Source: Octopus vulgaris
Lineage: Eukaryota
Direction of reading: 5' to 3'
Assembly (NCBI GenBank): GCA_951406725.2
Contig: OX597836.1
Coordinates: 15,252,001-15,316,000 of the forward strand
DNA length: 64,000 nt
Below are positions 11,911 to 23,707 of this stretch, one piece after another. The notes under the pieces are model-generated. The model searched no databases and was not told where the DNA came from. It saw only the letters and a program-made list of their open reading frames with translations. The stretch's first letter is position 1. The number at the start of each line of letters is the position of its first letter. Position numbers and translations under genes: made by a program.

Positions 11911-12277
11911 TTCTGTATATTTCTAAAATTATCTCAACGTTCGCACACATGCTTGCATGCATTCACCATATACCATACTTTTGGGTTGCTTTCTCATTGC
12001 TCACTGCGCCCTTGTAAGACACAACTTAACTCTATTAGACCCCTGGATGGTCACGTTATAAATAGAAAGTTGCCTGTCTCTTGCAACGCGCCAGCATGTC
12101 ACTCGTTTTTTGCCACTCGTATTTAATTAGAGGATGTTTAAACCTCATGAAGGGATGGTTTCATCCACGCAAATACTTGTCCAATACCTAGTATTTGGGG
12201 GGAATGAATTTCCTTAGAATAACAGGTATATATAAAAACATATAGTTTATATTCATTTAAAAGAAAAGAAAATGTAA

Positions 12278-12487
12278 ATTAGGAAATTAATTAATTGTTT
12301 ATTATTAACAGCATATTGGTTATCTTCACTTGCAGCCGTTTCAATTAATACCCAATAAAAATTAATTCTATATTAATGTAAATTTATATTAATATAAATT
12401 TAATGTTTATTGAGTAATGATCGAAACGGCTGTAGGTGAAGATGACCAATTTACTGTTAACAATAAACAATTATTAACTTCCTAATC
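12278..12487. repeat. Imperfect inverted repeat, ~75-bp arms (Penelope-like pLTR fragments?)
   Basis: ATTAGGAAATTAAT...CAGCCGTTTC versus GAAACGGCTGTAGG...TTCCTAAT. Confidence 0.7.
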
Positions 12488-12499
12488 TCCGTTTTCTTA

Positions 12500-13010
12500 T
12501 TTTAACTCATATCAATTGTCTGGAAATCTCTCATCATACATTAGTGACCTTTTCAGTGACACTTTCCGCCCTCGTCTGTGCTTCTTCTCCGCTTAGACCA
12601 TTTTCAGTGAATTTATATATACGCTTTTGAATTTGTGTTGTAAGATTCCTGATGTGAAACCGTGTGTTGAAATAGATATTGTATTTCGGGAAAGTCTTTT
12701 TTTTTCTTGCCAAATAAACACCCGTACTATATATTCGTTCTTCACTAATTCATTTAACTCATGTCCGTTGTCCGAAATTCTTCGGACTAAGTGGAGCAGG
12801 AGCACATATGAGGACGGAAAGTGTCGCTGAAGAGGTCACAGATGCGTGACGAAAGATTTCCGGACAACAGACATAAGAAGAGTAATGAACGAGTGAAGAA
12901 CGAATATATAGTGCGTGTGTTTATTTGGCAAAAAAAAAAAACGAAATACAATATCTGTTTCAACACATGGTTTCACATCAGGAATCTGGCAACACAAATT
13001 GATAAACGTG
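12500..13010. mobile_element. Inverted, circularly permuted ~250-bp unit with hammerhead-like motif (retrozyme or Penelope pLTR-like)
   Basis: 12515-12600 is the reverse complement of 12785-12868, and 12620-12760 of 12880-13010; terminal ~28-bp redundancy at 12500-12527 and 12750-12779. Confidence 0.6.
12822..12866 (+). ncRNA. Candidate minimal type I hammerhead ribozyme
   Basis: TGTCG-CTGAAGAG-GTCAC(agatgc)GTGAC-GAAA-GATTTC-CG(g)ACA; stem I needs one bulge. Confidence 0.5.
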
Positions 13011-13100
13011 TGTTGATTTATAAGTCTGCTGGTCTTAGTTTCTTTCCTATTTTTTTTTTTTTGCATTGCCTCAAGACACGTACGTCTGTCCACTTGATAA

Positions 13101-13101
<1 letters not shown>

Positions 13102-13131
<30 letters not shown>

Positions 13132-13522
13132 TGTATGTGTGTATGTTTGTATGTGTGTATGTATGTATGTATGTATGTGTGTATGTATGTATGTATGTGT
13201 GTATGTTTGTATGTATGTATGTATGTATGTATGTTTGTGTGTATGTATGTTTGTATGTATGTTTGTATGTATGTATGTATGTATGTATGTATGTGTGTTT
13301 GTATGTATGTTTGTATGTATGTGTGTATGTATGTATGTATGTATGTATGTATGTATGTATGTATGTATGTATGTATGTATGTATGTATGTGTGTATGTAT
13401 GTATGTATGTATGTATGTATGTATGTATGTATGTATGTATGTATTGTAGGTATGTATGTATGTATGTATGTATGTATGTATGTATGTATGTATGTATGTA
13501 TGTATGTATGTGTGTGTGTGTG
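13102..13522. repeat. (ATGT)n microsatellite, ~420 bp
   Basis: Direct reading. Confidence 0.95.
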
Positions 13523-14176
13523 CAGAGTTGTATATTTTTGCTTTATGTAGGTATTCTCTTGTTCCCTGGATGGCGACCCCGGTGGCACTGTCCACCTTGA
13601 TACTCCGGGCGTCTAGGTCAGGTTTTGATCTGTGCGATGTTACTTCTCTATGTATACATGTATACGTATATGTGCGTACATGTATGGCAATATATATATA
13701 TATATTATTCAAAGGAATTCCAACTCTGTCTGTTTTTTATGTTTTATTTATATTCTTCATAATATTAATGTAGAATATAGAATATATAGTATAAATAGTA
13801 AATTTTTAATTAATAAGGGTGAGAGAATTAGATACTAATTTAATAGTATATTTATTCAACACCAAGTGGCCTAGTGCTTCAAGAAACCTGGATTATTATA
13901 ATATTTTATAACATATTATAATATTTTTACAAAATAAATATGCTAGAGTGAGCAATATAGTGACCACTCTCTTATATTTATTTTGTAAAAATATTAATAA
14001 TATAGTATAAATAGTATATATATATAGTAAAATGAAATGAAGTATTGATTGTCTTATTGAATAGATGAAATATTGAATATCAAATATTAAGGGCCTAGTA
14101 TACTTCCTTGCATTTAAGCAGTCTTCAAGGTCCCAGGTTGTGACAGTAATAAATGTATATTAAATATATATATATA

Positions 14177-14580
14177 GGCTGTGTGGTAAGTAGCTTGCTA
14201 ACCAACCACATGGTTCCGGGTTCAGTCCCACTGCGTGGCACCTTGGGCAAGTGTCTTCTGCTATAGCCCCGGGCCGACCAATGCCTTGTGAGTGGATTTG
14301 GTAGACGGAAACTGAAAGAAGCCTGCCGTATATATGTACATATATGTATGTGTGTGTGTGTGGTGTGTTTGTGTGTCTGTGTTTGTCCCCCTAGCATTGC
14401 TTGACAACCGATGCTGGTGTGTTTACGTCCCCGTCACTTAGCGGTTCGGCAAAAGAGACCGATAGAATAAGTACTGGGCTTACAAAAGAATAAGTCCCGG
14501 GGTCGAGTTGCTCGACTAGAAGGCGGTGCTCCAGCATGGCCGCAGTCAAATGACTGAAACAAGTAAAAGAGTAAAAGAGT
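14177..14580 (+). mobile_element. SINE family A
   Basis: GGCTGTGTGGTAAG head through GACTGAAACAAGTAAAAGAGTAAAAGAG tail. Confidence 0.9.
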
Positions 14581-14734
14581 ATATATATATATATTTAACA
14601 CATACGTCCACCCTCGTCTTTAACGCGTGTAGCGGTGTTGATCTCAACGTAATTCTGTCCGCGAGATAAACTTTGGATGTAGACAACCCGTTAATTACAT
14701 CCACCTCCTTCCCCCCATGTGATTAAGCTAACAC

Positions 14735-15620
14735 TCTCACTATCTCTTTTTCCCCCATCTCTGTGTCTGTCACTTTTCCGTCACCCCCTCCTCTCTCTCT
14801 CTCTCTCTCTCTCTCTATTCCTTCTTATCTCTTTTTCTTAATCTTTCTCTTGCTACCCTTGTCCCCCTCTGTGTATTCCTTCCCTTCTCGCTTTACTCCT
14901 CTCTCTCTCTATATTCCTCCCCCTCTCTATGTCCTTATCCTTCTCACTTTGTAACTTCCTCTCTCTCCCAATCGTTCCTCTCACTCTCTCTCTCTCTATT
15001 TCTTTTTATCTCTTTTTCTTAATCTTTCTCTTGCTACCCTTGTCCCCCTCTCTGTATTCATTCCCTTCTCTCTTTACTCCTCTCTCTCTATTTTCCTCCC
15101 CGTCTCTATGTCCTTATCTCTCTCTCTTTTATACTTTCTCTTTAACTTCCTCCCTCTCTCTATTAATCTCTTCCTCTCACTCTCTCTCTCTCTCTCTAAC
15201 ATTAGCCTTATTGACCATCTCACCACTGTTTCTTTCCTATCTTTCATTTTATCTTCCTTCTCTAATTTGCCTTCGTTGCCTATTTCTTTCCTTTGTTCGT
15301 ATTTCACTTCTATCTCTCATCACTCCCATATAAACTGTGCTTCTCTCTATTTTCCCTTCTTTTCTATGTCCAGTCTTTCCTCTCAATTTTTTTCTTCTGT
15401 TTATTTGGCTGCTTCTTGTTTTTAAGCTATCCCCTCCCTATCAATTCTTCTTTTCCTTCCTCATTCAATGTTTATATTTCTCTCTCTCTCTCTCTCTCTC
15501 TTTCCTCCTGCACTTGTAAAACTTCTCTTCTTCGACATTCAACTTCCTTCACCCCCCACCTAATATATCTCCCTAAACCAAGAGCCTCCCTCCTATTTCA
15601 CATCTCTTTCTCTTCCTTGA
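14735..15620. repeat. Polypyrimidine (CT-rich) tract with ~180-bp tandem duplication
   Basis: CTATT...CTCTTTTTCTTAATCTTTCTCTTGCTACCCTTGTCCCCCTCT occurs at ~14815 and ~14995. Confidence 0.85.
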
Positions 15621-15629
15621 TTACCCATT

Positions 15630-16001
15630 AACCAACACCACCAACCCGCCGACTTTCAACGAAAGAAATGACACACAACCACATGTAGACGAAGAGAGAG
15701 AGCAGAGGTGAACTAGAGATATCCGTAGCAGCAGCAGCAGGGCAAATACAGAGACAGAGAGAGAGCGAGAGAGGAAGGTACCCTGAATGTACATGTTGGT
15801 CTCGTAGCATACACTGCTGTCAGCTTTTAACTCTGCCTAACCTAATGTCTTTATACTATTTAACCGATCCAGACTTTCCCCCAACTTGCTCCTGGATATA
15901 TTTTATTATTATATTTAATTCGATTTTATTGAACTGCTGTGTTTACTTGACGTTGTGTTCTTCAGCAAGTTTTCGGAATGGTTATCCACTTCGATTGCAC
16001 G
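15630..16001 (+). other. Candidate promoter-proximal/first exon ending at a splice donor
   Basis: Unique sequence after CT/GA tract; ATG at 15978 (MVIHFDCT) then ACG|GTAAGA donor at 16001/16002; alternative acceptor TTCTTCAG| at 15965. Confidence 0.25.
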
Positions 16002-16292
16002 GTAAGAAGTTTTAGTGTACCATTGTTATTCTTTATATATATATATATGCATGTCTCTGTGTCTGTGTGTGTTTATGCGTTGCCGAGGGTTGGTGTCTTT
16101 TTCATTTTTGCAATTAATAGAAATAAATATTAGATAACTTGTACAAACCAATCTCTGTATGGCCATTTTTAGTTATCAATGTAAGGAAGAGATCTGCTTT
16201 ACATTGTATAATATAAACAATATATACACTTTCTTCTATTGTATAAACGGCACCCCTGGAGTTTAGCTTAATTACAGGGTTGGGTGTGTATG

Positions 16293-16295
<3 letters not shown>

Positions 16296-16336
<41 letters not shown>

Positions 16337-16558
16337 CATACACACACACACACACATGTATATATATGTAATATAGGCATATATACACACACACACACAT
16401 ATATATATATATGTAATATAAGCATATACACACACACACACACACATATATATATATGTAATATAGGCATATATATACACACACACATATATATATATGT
16501 AATATAGGCATATATACACACACACACATATATATATATATGTAATATAAGCATATAT

Positions 16559-16590
<32 letters not shown>

Positions 16591-16702
16591 GTAATATAGG
16601 CATATATATACACACACACACATATAATATATGGGCATATATATACACACATATTTATATACACACATATATATACACACATATATATATATACACACAC
16701 AT

Positions 16703-16801
<99 letters not shown>

Positions 16802-16820
16802 TACATATACATACATACAC
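16296..16820. repeat. Minisatellite of TGTAATATAGGCATATATA-(CA)n-(TA)n units within microsatellite
   Basis: Motif recurs about six times between 16367 and 16605. Confidence 0.9.
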
Positions 16821-17248
16821 TCATGAAGTCTGCATACACTGCAGTTAGTTTAGACTTTCAGAATAAACTGTTCCACATAAATTGGAATTTCTCCGTTATT
16901 CAATTTTTTTTTTCGGGACCAAAACTAAGGAATTCCAGCTGTGATATTCAGCAAGCAGCCGCGAGGTTATTGCCAGAAATGTGACAAAATTTCGGTAGTG
17001 TTTTGCTGCTTTGGAAGGCACGGTGTTGTGATTGGGGTGGTGGAGACGAGACGTTTGAAAAATAAGGATTAATTAATTTTTTTTTAAACGCCTTCCTCTA
17101 TTGTTTTGTATGTGGGATACTAAAAAAAATGTGGAAAAATTCCAAACACCTCACCCCCAAAAAGGAATTACTTCAACTTATATGGGACAGCTATTCCGAA
17201 AATCTGCTTAAAAAATACGAAGAACTAGTTTTTGGTGACGTGACAGCG

Positions 17249-17284
<36 letters not shown>

Positions 17285-18082
17285 GCAGACTAAAGTTTCC
17301 ACTAATTAATTAATGCTTACATGTACAATATAGACGCAACCGGTGCGTCGTGGTAAAGAAGTTTGCTTCATGACTACTTGGTTCCAGGTTCAGTCCCACT
17401 GCGTGGCATCTTAGGCCCGTGTTTTTTTACCGTGGCCATAGGCCTTGTGATTTGGTGGACGGAAACTGAAACAAGCTCGATGCATATATATATATAATAT
17501 ATATGACTAACGAGTAAGAGATAAATGACAATTTACAAATGTATGTATTTCAAAAACTAGAAGCAACTTCGTTGCGACTCCAATTACACCCCTTATGCTT
17601 CTGGTTTCGTTTTCCCGTTGAAATAAAACGTTACAAACGAACCGTCTCCTTTGTACTTTGTATCGGAAATCACTGAAAGAGACCATCTGCAAGTCTGTGA
17701 GTAAAACTCACTGATCTGGTTTCGAATCCCGTTGTTACCAATGAGGCGTAAGGGAGCCATTCTTTTTCGTGGCCGCTGCTCAACTTACTAGAAAAAGCAG
17801 CCATTACATCTCCCTCGAATCGCATTCTATTGTCGTAAAACGGGAAATACATATCGGATACGATGGCCTTATTATCAAAAGATATTCCCCCCAAACAGTC
17901 CTGTTCACACTCCACCAACACACTGCAATATATGTGTATATATGTGTGTGGTTTATGACCCCTTTAAAATATGAACGGGAAACCCAGGGTCATCCCATAA
18001 ACTATCCTTTACCAGGAAAAAATAATATAGACTGCTCTATTTCTTAGAGTGTGTCCCTTCTCCGAATTTATGTTTTTCTAAA

Positions 18083-18118
<36 letters not shown>

Positions 18119-18191
18119 TGTTTCAGTCATTCGACTGCGGTCATGCTGGGTTAGCGCTTTGAAGTGTTTCGTCAAACAAATCAACCCCTAC

Positions 18192-18363
18192 CAGGGCCGG
18201 TTGAAGGTACCGGCAACTCGGGCAGTCGCCCGGGGCGCCAGCCACATGCTTTTTAGTCAACATTTTCATTTTTTCTCCTTGTGAAAGTTTAAAAAAATAA
18301 TACTTGTAAGAGCATCCGAAGTTCACCTTGCTCGGGGCGCCAGCAACCCGAGGGCCGGCCCTG
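18192..18363. mobile_element. GC-rich hAT-like MITE inserted in a decayed family A SINE
   Basis: TIR CAGGGCCGG / CCGGCCCTG, subterminal GGGGCGCCAGC repeats; TSD imperfect. Confidence 0.7.
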
Positions 18364-18985
18364 CCCAGTACTTACATGAGATGGGCTTCTTTCAGTTTCT
18401 GTTTCCCAAATTTACTCAGCCCGGAGCTATTGTAGTCCAAGGTGCTTCGCAATGGGACCAGAAAGGGGACCATGTGATTGTGAAATAAACTTCTTTCCGC
18501 ACTGGCATCTGTTGATAGTTTAAGCCTATAACGAAAGGTATTCCAGCCGTGACTATTACATTTATTTCCTACGTGCAAAAAAAAAACCAATCGTATGTCT
18601 TTTTATTTTTATTTTTCGAAGAAGGTTTTGTAAAATGAGGGAGTTTAGGTTGCTTTTTCTAGCATCTTGAAAGGGACAACCATATAAAGTCTCCCACGTC
18701 GGCTCATCTTTCAGTGGTGTGTCTGTGCCTGTGTTGGCTGGGTTGTTTGTACAATTAGCGTGTCAAATTTTGACAAGTAAAACCAAGCTGCTATCAGTAA
18801 GAATTGCTTTTTAGACTCGACTTGATTATGATAGTGATTTATAAATTGACACACAAGGCCAACGATTTCGAGGGAAATTTAAACTTGGCATGTAAAGACA
18901 GACGAGATGCCACTAAACATTTTGCTGGGCATGCTTTGCGGCATTTTGCCCGTCGAATAATAATAATAATAGTAATAATAATAAT

Positions 18986-19206
18986 GGTTTCAAATTTTGC
19001 CATAAGGGCAGTAATTTTGGAGGAGTGGATGAGTCGATTACATCGGTCCCAGTCTTCAACTGGCACTTATTTTATCGATCTCGAAAGAATGAAAGCAAAG
19101 TCGACCTCGACGGTCTTTGAACTCAGAACGTAAAGACGGACGAAACGCTGCTAAGCATTAGGCATTCTTTCAGCGCCCGGCGTGTTAACGATTCTGCCAA
19201 CTCGCC
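18986..19206 (-). mobile_element. SINE family B variant, decayed
   Basis: Shares head and central domain with 666-893; different tail ending AAAATTTGAAACC(ATT)n. Confidence 0.7.
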
Positions 19207-19236
19207 TCCTTTTTTTTTATTATATGATAATAATAA

Positions 19237-19619
19237 TCTTTATATATAAAAGTGAAGTTGTGTGTCTGTCTCCTACGATTTAGATTCCTAAATACTCCCA
19301 CATTTTGCGGTGCAGTGTAACCAAAAGCGGGTATCTTATAGTCGTGATTCATATCGAGCCCTTCTGGGTAGCATGAGTCTACGATTTAAAAAAAAATTTA
19401 CCATCATTTTTTCCCATTTTTAATGCATTTGTTTGCTATTATATAAGGGAAGTAACTCTCTAAAAATGTATTATTAAATCTCAGAACGTAAAAAGCTACA
19501 GTAACACCCCATCCTTTGTGGTTAGCCATATTGAGATGGCTATTATACTTTACATCTCTAAAAATGCTTATATAGTTATTTCCCTTACAAACCCGAGCAA
19601 CGCCGGGCGATACTGCTAG
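19237..19619 (+). mobile_element. Non-autonomous Helitron, family E1
   Basis: A|TC...CCCGAGCAACGCCGGGCGATACTGCTAG|T; matches 11525-11910. Confidence 0.85.
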
Positions 19620-19954
19620 TAATTAATAATCCCTTCTACTAAAGGCACAAGGTCTGAAATTTTGAGACAGGGGCCTAGTCTACATTGACCATTCTGTTAG
19701 CTCACCGCCTTTTTATAATAATAATAATAATAATAATTTTTATTTGCCACAGGGGCATATATGAGGGGGACATGACAAAGACAGTCTACAATTCGTGTGG
19801 TGTTTACATAAAAGATAAAGGAAAAGAATTAACGGACGTTGAACAAAGCAATGATGATATATATATTGTTCCATAGTCAGTGTGGATCACATACTACACC
19901 GGCAGCAATGTGTTTATCATGCACATACCTTCTTTTTATAGTAGACTGTTATAT

Positions 19955-20337
19955 TAGGAAGCACTCCGTCGGTTACGACGATGAGGGTTCCGGTTGATCC
20001 GAATCAACGGAACAGCCTGCTCGTGAAATTAACGTGTAAGTGGCTGAGCACTCCACAGACACGTGTACCCTTAACGTAGTTCTCGGGGATATTCAGCGTG
20101 ACACAGAGAGTGACAAGGCCGGCCCCTTTGAAATACAGGTACAACAGAAACAGGAAGTAAGAGTGAGAGAAAGTTGTGGTGAAAGAGTACAGCAGGGATC
20201 ACCACCATCCCCTGCCGGAGCCTCGTGGAGCTTTGTGTTTTCGCTCAATAAACACTCACAACGCCCGGTCTGGGAATCGAAACCGCGATCCTATGACCGC
20301 GCGTCCACTGCCCTAACCACTGGGCTATTGCACCTCC
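19955..20337 (-). mobile_element. tRNA-derived SINE, family H variant, with 16-bp TSD
   Basis: Reverse-complement head GGAGGTGCAATAGCCCAGTGGTTAGGGCAG...GGTTTCGATTCCC; TSD TAGTAGACTGTTATAT at 19939 and 20338. Confidence 0.9.
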
Positions 20338-20650
20338 TAGTAGACTGTTATATAGTGAAAGTCTCATTAGACAACAGTATACCTATCTATTTATCTATCT
20401 TTCACACACACCCTCTCTTTCTCAACAATAACAACAAACTATATTTTTCTTGAAACAAATTTTAATTCTGTCTTTCACACACTCACGTTCTCTCTCTCTC
20501 TCTCTCTCTCACTGAATTTCTCTCTCAAAAACAATAACCTGTCATTATAGTGAAACTTTTTTTAAAGTATATGTTGTGTAGTCTCTATGTTGAAAGACAT
20601 ACAAAAACACACAAACACACACACACACACAACTAAAAGAGTAACCACAT

Positions 20651-20991
20651 TTACTCTTTACTCTCTTTTACTTGTTTCAGTCATTTGACTGCGGCCATGC
20701 TGGAGCACCGCCTTTAGTCGAGCAAATCAACCCTGGGACTTATTCTTTGTAAGCCCAGTACTTATTCTATCGGTCTCTTTTGCCGAACCGCTAGCTGACG
20801 GGGACGTAAACACACCAGCATCGGTTGTCAAGCAATGCTAGAGAGACAAACACAGACACACAAACATACATACAACAGGCTTCTTTCAGTTTCCATCTAC
20901 CAAATCCACTCACAAGGCATTGGTCGGCCCGAGGCTATAGCAGAAGACACTTGCCCAAGATGCCACGCAGTGGGACTGAACCCAGAACCAT
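20651..20991 (-). mobile_element. SINE family A, 5'-truncated
   Basis: Identity to 3350-3752, lacks A-box end. Confidence 0.9.
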
Positions 20992-21385
20992 ATTGTTAAA
21001 TAATATCTTTTTTTTTTGTCATTTTGAAGCTGTCTTGCATTCTGGTGACAGACTTGCACTTAAAATTTTGGCATTTCAAATCCAAGCTTGTTAGTTATTA
21101 TGGTGATAACACTACCTATCCATCTAGCCTTCACACACACACACTCACTTTCTCTCACACTGTATTTCTCCCTCAACAACAACTTTTTCTCCTCCCCTTC
21201 TTCTTAATACATGTTGTGATGTATATTTTGATTCCTCCCCTTCATTCCTTTCCTCTAATAGATGTTGTGCCGGACAGACAGATGGAGATTTGCTTGTCTT
21301 TTATAATACTAGTTTGTTGTCATTTCTAATGTAAGCACAAGATCTGAAATATGAAGAACTAGCTTAAGAGCTGCCCTATTGGGTA

Positions 21386-21675
21386 GCTTTTAAGGGTCAA
21401 ACTAATGGGTTTGACCCGGGCATAGAAACCCCCCAAAATAGTGTAATAGGTGTAAAACAACTTGCTCTAAACGAATGACAAAGAAAATGCACACTTGCAA
21501 AAGGGGGATGGAGGAGAGGACTTGGAAAATTCACATCGTCAGTCCATGGCCCTTAAACTGTAGTGTTTGACCTGGGCACAAAAACAAAAGAAAAATAGTG
21601 TAATAGGTGTAAAACGGTCAAACCAAAGGGTTTTTATGCCTGGGTCAAACCTTTTAGCTTGACCCTTTTTAAGCT
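21386..21675. mobile_element. MITE-like element with ~45-bp imperfect TIRs
   Basis: AAGGGTCAAACTAATGGGTTTGACCCGGGCATAGAAACCC versus GGGTTTTTATGCCTGGGTCAAACCTTTTAGCTTGACCCTT; internal repeat AAAATAGTGTAATAGGTGTAAAAC twice. Confidence 0.65.
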
Positions 21676-21926
21676 AGTATATAGGTGTTCTAACCTTTGA
21701 CCCAAGGCAGTCCTTCAAATTTCTGCATTCATTTTCAAAACTTTATTCTTACCAGCAAGAATTCTATGTTATTGATGTCCTAAAACTTCTATAAATGTGA
21801 AATAATTCTGGTTTGGAACAGTGAATCTCGAAGTAGACAAAAAGCTTTAAACAATATTGGGTCGAAAAATATTTTTGGATAGAAAAGGTTGAAGACTGCC
21901 TCACACGTATTCATACACACACATAT

Positions 21927-22308
21927 AGGCGCTGGAGTGGCTGTGTGGTAAGTAGCTTGCTTATGAACCACATGGTTCCGGGTTCAGTCCCACTGCGTGA
22001 AACCTTGGGCAAGTGTCTTCTACTATAGCCTCGGGCCAACCAAAGCCTTATGAGCGGATTTAGTAGACGGAAACTGAAAGAAGCCCGTTGTATATATATG
22101 TGTGTGTGTGTGTCTGTGTTTGTCCCCACAAGATTGATTGACATCTGATGCTGGTGTGTTTATGTCCCCGTAACTTAGCAGTTCGGAAAAAGAGACCGAT
22201 AGAATAAGTACTAAGCTTCCAAAAAATAAGTCCTGGGGTCGATTTGCTCGCCTAAAAGTGGTGCTCCAGCTTGGCCGCAGTCACATGACTGAAACAAGCA
22301 CAAGAGTA
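21927..22308 (+). mobile_element. SINE family A, full length
   Basis: AGGCGCTGGAGTGGCTGTGTGGTAAG head through tail. Confidence 0.9.
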
Positions 22309-22930
22309 CATAGACAACCATATGTAAACACACACACACACACACACACACAGTTCATATCTCTGAATATTGTTTAATTTCAAAAGAAATATCTTGAATA
22401 GTGCCAATTACCACTGTAAAAGTTTAACCAATCAAATAATGAGAGAGAGAGAGAGGGGACCAGGTGTTGACAGCAAACATTGATGAGTTATTTTAATTAT
22501 AAACAATCCATACAAAACATTTCTTTCACATTGTATTTAGTTTATTTTCAAGACCATAATTAGTGGAGTTTGTTGGCTGGTTATAGTTAACAATATATGT
22601 ACTTACACACTAGGTCAGCTCCTGTTTACACTCTAATCCAGAAAATTATTTGCTCTACACATCTGTGACCTGTCTCTAAAAAACTATTTTCGCTCTTCCT
22701 CGCTGACAGCTTACCTTTCATTGAGAGTACTACTTTCATATCTGGGATATTTTATCTATCATACAAACATGCTGTCTGAATTGAATTCACAATCACAAAA
22801 AAAAATATAAATAAATAAATTTTAAATAAAGGGTAAAAGGTTGTCCAAAAACAGTTTTGTCATGCTTTCATTCATCATTCGTCACTCATCAACCTTCAAC
22901 CTACTCTTTGTCTATCTTTAACCATGTTGT

Positions 22931-23323
22931 TTACTCTTTTACTCTTTTACTTGTTTCAGTCATTTGACTGGCCATGCTGGAGCACCGCCTTTAATCGAGC
23001 AACTCGACCCCGGGACTTATTCTTTTTGTAAGCCCAGTGCTTATTCTATCGGTCTCTTTTGCCGAACCGCTAAGTAACGGAGACATAAACACACCAGCAT
23101 CGGTTGTCAAGCAATGCTAGGGGGACAAACACAGACACACAAATAAACACACTTACATATATACGACAGGCTTCTTTCAGTTTCCGTCTACCAAATCCAC
23201 TCACAAGGCATTGGTCGGCCCGGGGCTATAGCAGAAGACACTTGCCCAAGATGCCACGCAGTGGGACTGAACCCGGAACCATGTGGTTGGTTAGCAAGCT
23301 ACTTACCACACAGCCACTCCTGC
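22931..23323 (-). mobile_element. SINE family A
   Basis: Identity to other copies. Confidence 0.9.
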
Positions 23324-23359
23324 TGTTTGTTAATGTTCTTTTGAATTAATCGCACATCT

Positions 23360-23407
<48 letters not shown>

Positions 23408-23408
<1 letters not shown>

Positions 23409-23707
23409 GAGGCACATGGCCTAGTGGTTAGAGCAGTGGACTCACAGTCAAGGGATTGCTGGTCCGAATCTCAGACCGGGCGATGTGTGTGTTTATGAGC
23501 AAAACACCTAAGCGCCACGTGGCTCTGGCAGAAGGTAATGGTGAACCTCTGCTGACTCTTTTGCCACAACTTTCTCTCACTCTTTCCTCCTGCGTCTTGC
23601 AGCTCACCTGTGATGGACCAGTGTCCCATCGAGGTGGGGAACCTATACACCAAGGAAACCGGGAAACCGGCCCTTATGAGTCAGGCGTGGCTCAAGAAGG
23701 AACAAAC
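23408..23707 (+). mobile_element. SINE family H
   Basis: GGAGGCACATGGCCTAGTGGTTAGAGCAG head; matches 58328-58638. Confidence 0.85.

Noticed and set aside
12821-13712. Longest ORFs in the track (up to 259 aa; also those at 8188-9175, 16114-16839, 62496-62959)
   Set aside because: They are translations of (ATGT)n/(TA)n/(CA)n microsatellites, open in several frames on both strands
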